NCBI RefSeq assembly: GCF_018977255.1
Contig: NW_024704742.1
Coordinates: forward strand, 54,686,001 to 54,750,000
Length of the DNA: 64,000 nt
DNA from: Callorhinchus milii
Taxonomy: Eukaryota
Direction: 5' to 3'
In this document: positions 53,536 through 64,000 of the stretch, piece by piece
Layout of the letters: the number at the start of each line of letters is the position of its first letter
Position numbering within the stretch: the stretch's first letter is position 1
Notes under the pieces: generated by a model
What the model was told of the DNA's origin: nothing
The model's input: the letters and a program-made list of their open reading frames with translations, nothing else
Database searches by the model: none
Made by a program: the position numbers and the translations under genes

Positions 53536-53890
53536 GGGCTCAGTGGTTGGAGCACTCGCCTCGCAACCGAGTGACCTGGGTTCAATTCCCAGCAGAGCGA
53601 AATGTTGGGCAAGTTTCCTTACTCCACACACTTCTGTTTACCTAGCAGCAAGTAGGAACCCGATTGTTAGTGGATTGCTTTTCCGGGGTAATTCCTTCAA
53701 AAAAATGAAAAATAATTGGTCACTCAATCCACGACTGTTTGTGGGACACCGCTGTGCACAATTGGCTGCTGTGTTTCGCCCACAAAATATACAGTCAATT
53801 CACTTTACAGTATATTCTGTGAAGCGCTTTGAGACATCTAGAAAATGTGATAAGGCGCTATATCAAATGCAAGGATGATTATTATTATTA
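53536..53890 (+). mobile_element. Family A SINE, near full length
   Basis: A box ggctcagtgg, B box ggttcaattcc, central domain, 3' body and tail. Confidence 0.92.
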
Positions 53891-53949
53891 TATGTCCATC
53901 TCACACCTGTCCACTTGATGCTAAAGATACACAGTGACATGAAACTTTT

Positions 53950-54400
53950 GCATATTATTTAATTTTTGCTCATAGCTCACTTCTATAACACTGGGGATCA
54001 TCCTTGTTGCTCTCTTCTGGACTCCCCCTAGTGCCTGGGCAACCAGTTGTGGTGACCAGAGCTGCATGCAGTACTCAATGTGCAGTCTGACCGATCACTC
54101 TACAGCCTGAATATGAAATCTGGGGATCTAAACTCAACTGATTTAGCAACATAGTTCAGCATCCCTTTCGGTTTTGTTTATTGCTGCCTCCGACTGTTTT
54201 GACATGGTGATCAATGAGTCAACTGAAACCCCTAGATCAATTCAGCTTCCCTCTTGACAAGTTCTATCCAATACATGGAGTACTCGTGTTTCGTATTCTT
54301 GCATCCTATGTGTAGTACCTTGCATTTATCTGTAATAAACTTGAGTTGCCATTAATCCGCCCATGTGATTACCCTATCAAGATCTCTTTGTAGGACCTTT
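53950..54400 (-). mobile_element. Degraded CR1 ORF2 fragment
   Basis: Reverse complement resembles the W-Q-L-K-F...C-K-V-L-H-I-G and R-L-H-I-E-Y-C-M-Q-L-W-S-P segments of CR1 ORF2. Confidence 0.72.
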
Positions 54401-57400
54401 GGCAATCTTTGTTGATCCTTTGTATTATGGAACTTAGCTAGAGCTAGTTGGTGGAGCACATTTACCGCATCCAGAATATAGCTGTTTTGACACCTCGCTA
54501 GAGTCCTCCGAAAGCCAATACACCAGCCTGGTGGATCAGTGCCTCAATCATCTTTTTGTTTCTTAAGCTAATGTACCTCCAGACCCATATGCTGTGGGCT
54601 TTGAATGGATCTCTGGGACACTACTCTGCATGAGGAGCACTATATAAATGTAAGTCATTGTTGTTGTTGTTGATCTTCCCCAAGTGACAAAGTCAATTAC
54701 TTTTCAAACTGCAAAACGTGAATGATATATGGTGTTTTATTAACTTATTTCTTCATGATGTGGTTATATTTATACATTTTGTATTTACATAACTATGTCC
54801 AAAATGCGAACATATAATGGCACATATACTACTGAACTGAGCAAATAGGGCCTAAAAAAGTACATTTATTTACTTATTGTAGTGATGATCTGCCTGAAGT
54901 AAATTACGCTTTTTAATTTCATTTAAATTTTTGTGTCTTTTTCAATATTTCATTCCAATGTCATCAACAATGGTGGGGCTCTGCATGACTATTCTCCCTC
55001 CCAGGTTAAAGGCAACAAATGTCAGAAGATTTCTGCGCATGAGGTACTATTTTTATTGTGGTTAATCTCTGCATGTCACCCTCATCAATATATTTATGCA
55101 AAAGGTACTCTGGAGAGATGATTATCTGTATGAATTGGGACAACCCCTTTGCAAATAAGCAGACAATGTGGATAACTACACAATACGAAAAATATAAATT
55201 GCCTAAATTACTAACTAAAAAAAATGTTACATCAGGAGTTATACTACCACTGTAGAATTATGATATGCTCTTCACCCTCAGATACTCTCTCTCTCACAGG
55301 CTCTATAGGCTCCAGTTGATTGACTTCAAGATCCTCACCTATAAATCCCTCCAACCCTTGTACCTTATTATCTCTGTTACCTTCTCCTACCCCACTCTTC
55401 TGCTCATCCCCTCTAATCGGCTAACTCAAGCCTGCTGTCTTTATGCGTCAATTGTAGTTATTTTTTTTCCTTTCATCACATCCACTCTATTTCCTGAAGG
55501 AAAGCTCCACTGAGAGAATCCATAAACCCCAAATATAATCAAGCAAAAAACTATAATATCCTTTCCATCTACACATTTCCACTATTGAAGTCTGGCTTCT
55601 TTCCCTCCTCAGTCAAAACAATACAGAAGTGATTCGATCCAACAGAAATTACATAGTTGTTTATTCTGAACGGACTTCTGCTGGTGTATAATCCCTGGGA
55701 AATGCTCCAATTCAGCAAGCAGATATAGCACAGGACCTGACTGTGCCATATCGAGCCCAGATTTTCAAGATTGTGGCCAGTTCACTGAAAGCAAATGTTG
55801 AATGATAATTATATGTTGTAAATCTAAATTTGACACATGCTAAATTTGAACAGATTCTATAATCACAAATGCAGAACAGAATAAGGGTGAGCTGCATTTA
55901 TTGTGGTACCCAACAATTCACTATAGACAATGAAGTCCTTAAAAAAATGTCCTTTAAATGTTTTCGAGATCTCTGCATTTCTCTGCACAGTAATCCCTTG
56001 AAAATGGTGATATGAAGGTGGTTTGTTAGCAATCAGAACTAGAATTAACTAAATGCTTGAGTGATGTTATAATATTTTGAGTCATTATAAAGGAATGTGC
56101 GCCAGTAACAGAGATTCAATGTAATAGTAAAGCAATTATTCACGAAACACACAGGGAGCTTCTCAGATCCAGCTAGGTTAAAAACTAGTACTAGTTTTAC
56201 ATGAAGTATTTTCTCTGACCTTCAAACACCCTTACCAAAGCCTCTCATTCCTAAGTACTGTGGGCATATCTAAAGAATGAGTATATTTTGTGTTAAGCAG
56301 GAGAAATAATAGATTTGTCAGAAGCCTTCACAAACTCGCAGTTTTGACAAAGATAAATTATGGTGAGATTTAGCGGCTTCTAGATGTACTATTAAATGAT
56401 CGTATTTCATTCCCTACCCTTCCCATAAGTGCAAGAGTGATGTTGCATTATGACCTCTGCCATCCTTCAACAAATGTCATGCTAGAATTATCGTATAAAA
56501 ATAAACAAACATTAGAGTGTTGGAACTGGAGATTTTATCTCTGGTTAACAATGCCACAAGCTATTCACTACAAGGGATTTGATTGCCAGCGGAATGTGTT
56601 TTGAACAGGAGAAAATCGTGGTGAATGGAAAATATGAAAAAGTAAAATTGTAAAACCGAGAGATACAATAAAAATGAAATTGTTGCACGCACATAGTTTG
56701 TAACTGAGAGGACTGTTGTAATTGAAGTAGGCCCGCACATTTTAGCTGCAACTATCAATACCTTAGCAGCTAAGGTATTAGCTGATACCTCTCATTGTGT
56801 TATACTGAGGGCTAGCAATTGTTCTAAGGAAAACAATTAGGACGCATAATTTATCCAGTTTCAAAACAATTAATCTAGATTTTTTCTTTGTTATTGTTAC
56901 AGATTTTTAAAAAATCTTGTTACATAAACCTTGATATTGCACTCATGGGGTATTAACAATACCATCAACTTTAGCAACCTGAAAGATTCCTAAACAGAAA
57001 TGCGTTGTCTCAAGCCGTTATTCCCCAACATTTAATAAAGTTTTCAAGGATCTGTTTAGAATATATCTATGCAAAATTATATTGCATAAATTAGTGCTCT
57101 AGGAAATTTGGCATTTTCTGAATCAGACTATTTCCTAGAATTCCTTCTGTAGTTATAAATCTGGCAATTCTTTTTTAATCACTCAGGTAAAACAAAATGC
57201 ATTCATTGTTCCAGTTTTAATATAATTTTATTGTCAAAGCAGGTTATCAGTAAAATAGAATAGACCTGTTTCCTTGTAATAATAAAATTAAGCATCAGTA
57301 AGGTAGACCATCAGGCATTTTTAAGCATATTTGTGCAAGTTGTAATAGGATTAGCTATCATTGCAACTGTCTATGTAAATGGAATTACATCTGTTGTTCT

Positions 57401-57519
57401 TTTATTTCATTTTAATGCACTTGGTGCATCCTCACTATGTTTTTGAGGTGATAAAGATGGAAGCCTTAAATTATTAGGCTAAGACAGTGAATAAATAGAA
57501 ATGGCTTTATGCTATGATC

Positions 57520-57810
57520 TTCTCCTATCACATTCTTTTACTCACCCTCCCTACTCGCTAAATCAGGTCTGCTGTATGTTCCCACCCTCCCTCTGAACCA
57601 CCTTTCATAGCTGAGCTTCCAACAACTGGAACTCCCCCCTCTACTCCTCCATCCCCATGTGTCTTTAAATCCTACTTAATAATCTACCTTTTCAACCATG
57701 CCTATGGTCACTGGTCCTTCTTTGTCTGCTCAGTTTCTAACTCCATCTTTTTGAAGCAAGCCAAGATGTTATCCTACATAAAGGGTGCTATATAAATGCA
57801 AGTTGTTGTA
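57520..57810 (+). mobile_element. Degraded L2 3' end
   Basis: ctggaactcccccct...gggtgctatataaatgcaagttgttg tail. Confidence 0.7.
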
Positions 57811-58239
57811 ATAAGAAATCGGTAGGGCTAGTAAAGTTGAGATCAAATGTGCTGAAGGGCCTCTTTATCTAAATCTCTCTTATGATTACCTTGTTCCCCT
57901 ACAAATACACAGTTACTACACATTACAGAAAAAATCTGTGAAATGCTTTGAGACATTTCATTGACATAAGGAGTTAAATGAAATGCAAGGATTATTAGTA
58001 TTTTATTTGATTAGTGCAAGGCAATTTAAGTAAAACCAGGAAAGAAAAACTCATGTCAAAAACCAGTAAGATTTCTTTTAATTATTTTGTAGAAAAACAT
58101 AGTTTCCAAAATTGACTTTTGCGTCCAAATTGAATCGCGCTTATTCGAAAGCAAGACTACTTTTGTCTTTTAACAACAACTGTAGAAAGAAATGGGAGAG
58201 GTTCCTTATATTATACATGTCAGAACCATGGTGTGAGTT

Positions 58240-58700
58240 CAAAGAAGATTCATAAGGATGAGTGGTTTGGCCTATGAGCTGAGTTGAGAATAACTCGGCC
58301 TAGTTCCTTTGGAACAGAAAAGGTTGAGGGAAGATCTGATGCAGGTCTTTAAAATTTTGAGAGATTTTCATAGAGTAGAGAGGTAGAAATTATTTCCACT
58401 GGTCAGTGAGTCAGTGATGATAGGGTATCAGTTTAAAATAATTAGCACGGGAGCAAAGGGGATGTTTTATTACACACAGCGAGTTGTTAGTATGTGAATG
58501 TTCTTCAGTGAGCAGTGGTGGAGACAGGATCAATGTTAGTTTTCAGGAGGGACATAGTCAGTAGTGACTGTGTATTTTGTGGGCAAATTGGAGAGGGGAA
58601 AAGGCAGGTAAATAGGACTGAATGGATTAATTTTTCAAAAAAAATGCACGGACACAAATGGGGCAAATGGCTTTCTTCTGTGCTGTACGTTTCTATGGTT
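58240..58700 (+). mobile_element. CR1 3' end with a short SINE fragment inserted (~58550-58590)
   Basis: Collinear with 16820-17305. Confidence 0.78.
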
Positions 58701-59159
58701 CTGGTGGGGACTTCTCCTTTCTAAGGAAATAAAACAAATAGATGGTTTCAGACCCAGGAAAGGTCAGAAGCCAGATAAAACATATGAAAAATAATAAAAT
58801 CCCACTTATTGATTCAATTAAGTGCAATGTCAAATTTACATCACACATAAATTCAGTTTTGTAAAATAATTTTAATATTGCCTCTAGATTATTTTCCTGA
58901 ATTTCCATCTAGTCTTAGCCAGTTTTCCATCAAAATGGAATTGTTCAGAATCATGGAAAAAAATGCTTGTACATTTATGTGTTGAATTTCACCCTCATTT
59001 AACATTATTCAATGAGACGTTTTTGACTTTTTTATAAATTTGTGGATAAAAATTATATGGTCTGTCAGAATATTCATATCTATTATGGATTTTGCAAAAT
59101 GGAAAGTTTCTCCTGATGTCCTAAGCAACAATCATCCAAATTAATTGTTCAGTCACATA

Positions 59160-59480
59160 ATGCTGGGGTGGTGCTTGCAATGTCGAAGGTGCTATACTTC
59201 AGATGAGACTTTAAATCGAGACCCTGTCTGCCTGTTCAAGTGGAAGTTAAAAATTCTATGGCACTACTGGAAAAGAGAAGGGAGTTTCTCCCAGTGTCCT
59301 GGCCAACGGATAATATTGATTATTCACTTCATGGCTGTTTGTGGAGCATTGCTGTACAAAAAATAGGTTGCCATATTCACCTACAAAATACATAGTCACT
59401 ACGCTTTGCAGTATATCCAATGAAACTCTTTGACACACCTTCCCAATGTGCAAGGCACTATATTAAATGTAAAGATTGTT
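59160..59480 (+). mobile_element. Deu-domain SINE (family B)
   Basis: gtcgaaggtgctatacttcagatgagactttaaatcgagaccctgtctgcc...ggagtttctcccagtgtcctggccaa core plus tail. Confidence 0.85.
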
Positions 59481-59957
59481 AATTTGTCTGTTTTTGGGAC
59501 TGTGATATCCCACAAGCATCACAATGCTCTGACCCCTTCAAGCGCTTTGAGACGCTACCCTGTATGGAGGGCGCTATATAAGTGCAAGTTGTTGTTGTTG
59601 ATGTGTGCAAAATGGCAGCTAATTTTGCCTTAACAAAACCTTGATTGTATTGACTGCTTTGAGACATTTTGATGCTATAGACACCGATGCTATAGTATTA
59701 GCTTTACTTATTTAATTCTCGGTTTTGATCATAAAAAATAATTGACAATTGAGCTGTACATCTTGATATTGTTTTTGGGGCAGAAACGTATTTGCAAACA
59801 AGCTTCAGTGTTCAAATGAAATAACCTGTCCACAGATCATTATAAATAAAATCGCATAACATCTCACATTATGGAAAACTGATGCCACAACCATAGATTT
59901 TATCTAGTGATCCAGGCAAAGACTGTTTTAGAACTTAGAGTGTACTTTAATAGATTA

Positions 59958-60062
59958 TAATAATAATCCTTGCATTTGATATAGCGCTTTTCACGTCGGG
60001 AGGACGTCCCAAAGCGCTTCACAGAACACACTGTAAAGTGAATTGACTGTATATTTGTGGGC
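59958..60062 (-). mobile_element. Young SINE 3' end (L2-type cctcccgacgtgaaaagcgc tail)
   Basis: Near-identical to the reverse complement of ~43558-43662. Confidence 0.88.
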
Positions 60063-60069
60063 AGATTAG

Positions 60070-60102
60070 TTCAGTTCTCGGCCCTGCCACCAGGTGGAGT
60101 GC
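60070..60102 (+). promoter_or_regulatory. Candidate CTCF site with upstream (U) motif
   Basis: Core CTGCCACCAGGTGGAGTGC (60084-60102) preceded by TTCAGTTCTC (60070-60079), which resembles the TGCAGT upstream motif at about the usual spacing. Confidence 0.45.
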
Positions 60103-62684
60103 CACACTTTTAGGACAGAACGTTTTAGAAGATGTTCCTCCAATGCTTAATAGTGTCCGAAAACTTTTGTTAGATAAACTTAACTGTTATGAACTCTTTT
60201 TCAAAAACTTATCCTTGAACAGCTAGTTGCTTGTTTCATAGTAAATGTTCCTTAGTACTTTAATTGAATGAATACACAGTTACATTGTATGGAGGATATA
60301 CTTGGGAATTGTTTTGGATTTAAGTTTGAATTAATTTACACTTGTCAATTGAATAAACTGCACTGACTAATATGTTACATCATATTGGACTTGCCAATAT
60401 TTTAAGGCTACATACTTAGTATCAGCAGTAAACAACATCAGAGTTCGATTTTACATTGATCTCAAATGTATTAACATTCTTCTTCAATTTACCAATGTAC
60501 TGACTGTCTGGATGTTTACTGATAATAGGGTATAAAATATGATATTCAAGATTCTTTGCATTATTCAAAGGTACAAAATTTCATGGTGAGATCTACAATG
60601 GCAAATCAGCAACACCAAGTTGGCAGTCTAAGATGGGGCAGCAAGCAAAATGTGATTTGTGTATCACAAATCTCATCACAAATGTTGCAATCCAATATTC
60701 ACAAACTGGAAGATGCATTTAATGCAGCAAACCTAATGTGCAAACATTGTATTTTGGACTCCAATGTAACCTCTTGTGTTGATCATAAGTGGATTTATAT
60801 ATTAACAATTACGGAATGGAAATTAATTAAGCCCCACATTTGAATTTTAAGATCATAATCTGGGCTGACACTCCAGTTCAGTGCTGGGGGAGTGTTACAT
60901 TCATGGAGTTGCCATAAAAATCCCATGCCACTACTTCAAAAGAGAAGGTCCTACTGCATTTAATTAGAGATGGCAGTGTATATTCAGTATGAAGGCAAAA
61001 GAAGTATTAAGTTGTTCAAGGAGGACTGTAAGGTATTTATGTTTAGTAATTCTTCTCCCCACAAAGCAATCAGGATAGTCTTTATCCTGTACAATGTAGG
61101 CGGGGTGGAGGCTCTTTTGGAGTATGAACACCAACATAGACTAGTTGAGCTGTACAGTCTGTAATTCTTTGTAATAATCAAATTATCAACTGGCTTGTGT
61201 GATCAAATGTAAGATCAATTGTATTGAATAGTCATGTGCATTGCGTAAACCCACCCCCAAAAAAATATTATATTGTATGTGACAATATAGAACCTATAAC
61301 ATTAAAATGTCAAAAGTATTCTCTAGTAATTGCTGTAAAGTGAATTGACTATGTATAGTATATGTATCAAATAAACGTATTCACTCATTTCACTGATTAT
61401 TCTTAAAAGTGTAATTGTTCTGATCAATCCATAACTGAAACGCATAATTCCCACACCATTAATCAGTAGCTCTGAGTGAGTTGTTGACTCCTGCCCTGAG
61501 TGTATGACCCCATCGCTATAAATGTTCATTGTTCACATAAAATTATGCTATATCTAGGATCAGTGGTGCTAGTGCATTGTAGTAAGATCCATATGAATAT
61601 TGTGTTGGTTATAGGCTATGACTCTGAAAGACTTGGAATCAATATCAATATTGAATCAATAGTTATCATCTTTTTTCATATGGTTTTATGCATTTCCCTT
61701 GAAATGTAAAATCTGTGGATTGTTGAATTAAATTGTGCTGGTCAATAATAGCAAGTAAAATTAGCCGTTCATTTCATGGCTCTTTTTTGGACATTGCAGA
61801 CACAAATTGGCTGCTGCGTTTGCCTACAAAAATAGACCATCATTACATTCTACAATTAATCCTGTGAAACATTGAGACATTTATTTAACTGATGTGATGA
61901 AGCACTATATCAAATGCAAAATTTATATCTGTAGAAATCCTCTTTTATAACCTCTATCTGTGTAGGTTCTACAATTAACAGTTTTCTTTCAAATGTTCAG
62001 CGTGAAACAGATGAATGTAATGACCAATCTCAAACTATTCATTTTTGATGAAGCAATTTTACTCATGGTGTGTCCTTTAAGATTAATGCTTTATTTCAGG
62101 CATAAGTTACCAAGAAGACAGAATGGAATAACTGAAGAAATATCAAGATCTACAGTACAGAAAAGTTCACAAGGTGAACAAAATTCAACAAAGTATTTTT
62201 GTTTAGACAAGTGTTAATTTTGAATTCCACATAATGTAGAACTGCAAGTATGCTCAATTCATTCCCATCAAACATGTGCATTTCCATAAGTAAGACTGGA
62301 TAAATCATGCAAAATAGCGTAAGAGTGGGTTGCATCCCAGCTTTGGGAATGAAGTAAGAAGGACATTTCACACAAGGCATAAAGCATTCTACCATTCTCT
62401 ATTTTCAAAGGCTGAAATTGTGAATAAAACAGGTGACACCTCCATTTGTGATGTAGCAACTGTATAAATATAGGAAACAGTTCCACACCTGTTAGCCCAC
62501 ACAGAGTAACAAAAATGTTATTAAAACATAACTATAAACTGAATCTGTCCCATATAGTCTATACTAGATAAGATCCGACTTCAACAAAAACATTTACTTT
62601 GAAAAGCTTTGTAGTCAAACCTTAATTGTAAAGGCTAATTATTCAATGTCAGTGTTAGCACTTAAGATGAAGGAAGACACCGTG

Positions 62685-63636
62685 TCTGTAAAACATTTAA
62701 CATTTTAATTCCCTTTTGAATTTGTACTGCATTCATTACAGAACTGGAAAGGTTTCTTTATAAAATGAAAAGAAACAGATGCTTCTCTCATAGTACAGTC
62801 AAGAGACAACTACATATAGATTAGATAATAAAAAATGTTCCGTAGAATAAAAATCTACGGGTAGTACTTTTTTGTTTCATTATTCTGTAATCACCATTTG
62901 CACTGAGAGAGAACTCTCTGAGTAAATATTGGCACAGTTCATTTTGGTTTTGCTTTATCTCACCTGTACATATCTAAGTAAAAATAAACTCTGCTTAATA
63001 AATAATTATATAAAATAAATATATGTGATTTGGAACTGTATAAATACATCCATCCTAAAAGAATTGTAAAAAGGCTTGTGTCCAACTTTGTTCAAGACAA
63101 ATGTGAGCTTGAATATCCACCCAGCATTTGTGACGAAGGTTACACTATTGTGCTTTAAATCACAATAACACTCATTGTGCTGATACTCTGTGGAAAAGCT
63201 AGCAGGAGTCTTCATGATGAATTTTAGGATGACCCTCTGACCTATCTCCACAAGTCCAGAAGCTGTTTTCTCACAATTAAAAGTAGGAACTTTTTTTTAA
63301 ATGACACTAATATGTCATGTTAACTTGCATCCTGGAGAGAAGGCACCAGCAGCATCGATGATCAACAATTGAAACTTCTCTTCATCTACCACATAAAGCA
63401 TTACTGATGCCAATAAGGCCGATCAACTCATAGTTTAAAAGTGTAGAATCCAGAACAAGGAACTGCACATCTGAAAGAAATCTTCTGATCTGAAGAATCT
63501 AAGGCCACAACTCTGACTAGTCATCCTTTGGGACAAGTCTCCTAAAGGCTTGTAGCTGCAGGAAGCTGATGTTCAACATCCTTGGTTCTGTGAGGAACAG
63601 GATATTTAAAAAGGCTTCTCAAGACACAATGTAGCT
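62685..63636 (-). other. fgf20: Putative fgf20 3' UTR; the 3' end is uncertain
   Basis: Repeat-free, AU-rich sequence after the stop codon. Candidate poly(A) signals on the minus strand: ATTAAA at 62704-62709 (TGTA upstream, GT-rich downstream) and the first AATAAA at 62090-62095. Confidence 0.5.
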
Positions 63637-63882
63637 TCAACTATATCCTAATATATCTCTATAGAGCTCGGGTACTTTCTCAGGATCCACGGGTCTCGGT
63701 AGGAAATGTGTAAACTTCTGATGTCTTTTGGATCTAGTCCCATCTCTTGGCGATCCATCTTTGTTAAGTGCAACAAAATATCGTCGCCCTGTGTCATTAT
63801 GTTTATACAGGTTGGAAGAATACGTGTTGTACCAGTTTTCTTCAAATTGCTCCCTAAAGATGCATTCTGCTATCAGTTTTTC
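63637..63882 (-). CDS. fgf20: Final coding exon (exon 3) of fibroblast growth factor 20 (FGF9/16/20 subfamily); upstream exons lie beyond the window end
   Basis: Manual translation after a polypyrimidine tract plus AG acceptor (atattcttttctttctag|GAA, phase 0): [81 protein letters not shown], 81 aa. Family assignment is unambiguous. ECIF, RYFV, PRDG, RSKRHQ and the GYS terminus favour FGF20 over FGF9/FGF16. Confidence 0.93.
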   Translation of the reverse strand, partial: EKLIAECIFREQFEENWYNTYSSNLYKHNDTGRRYFVALNKDGSPRDGTRSKRHQKFTHFLPRPVDPEKVPELYRDILGYS

Positions 63883-64000
63883 CTAGAAAGAAAAGAATAT
63901 ATAAATGAAAACAAATGTAAAATTCCAACACAAATAAACAGTCATTTTCGATATTCCAACTTGATACTTTTCTACATGGATTGTAAACCAGACTATCTCT
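63883..64000 (-). other. fgf20: 3' end of the last fgf20 intron (polypyrimidine tract and AG acceptor at 63883-63884)
   Basis: Minus strand reads ...atattcttttctttctag immediately before the exon, at the junction position conserved in FGF9-subfamily genes. Confidence 0.88.

Noticed and set aside
53405..53878. 157-aa ORF
   Set aside because: Spans two SINE copies; a chance open frame.
63648..63845. Track [14 protein letters not shown]... (65 aa)
   Set aside because: Out-of-frame shadow of the fgf20 exon.
1..64000. CRISPR arrays, operons or prokaryotic defence systems
   Set aside because: The sequence is clearly vertebrate; the recurring motifs are dispersed SINE/LINE ends, not regularly spaced repeats.

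Overview
AT-rich, repeat-dense vertebrate genomic DNA. The repeat mix (CR1 and L2 LINE fragments, SacSINE1-like Deu-domain tRNA-SINEs) points to a cartilaginous fish; this is an inference. The only protein-coding host sequence I can support is the last coding exon of an FGF9/16/20-subfamily gene, most likely fgf20, on the minus strand at 63637-63882. The supplied ORF track misses it because the exon has no ATG in that frame. The remaining ~62 kb looks like the intergenic region downstream of this gene. It holds 5'-truncated L2 and CR1 copies, two SINE families, an internally deleted hAT DNA transposon with recognisable TIRs and an 8-bp TSD, a small palindromic MITE family, and several repeat-free islands with enhancer- or CTCF-like motifs. 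Nearly all other ORFs in the track are LINE fragments or chance ORFs. I found no convincing new multi-gene system. The most interesting signals are in mobile-element biology (a chimeric tRNA-Ala/CORE-like/Deu-type SINE, SINE-L2 tail sharing, nested and templated insertions) and in candidate fgf20 regulatory elements. Repeat boundaries are approximate (about +/-20-30 bp) unless a TSD or TIR is quoted.
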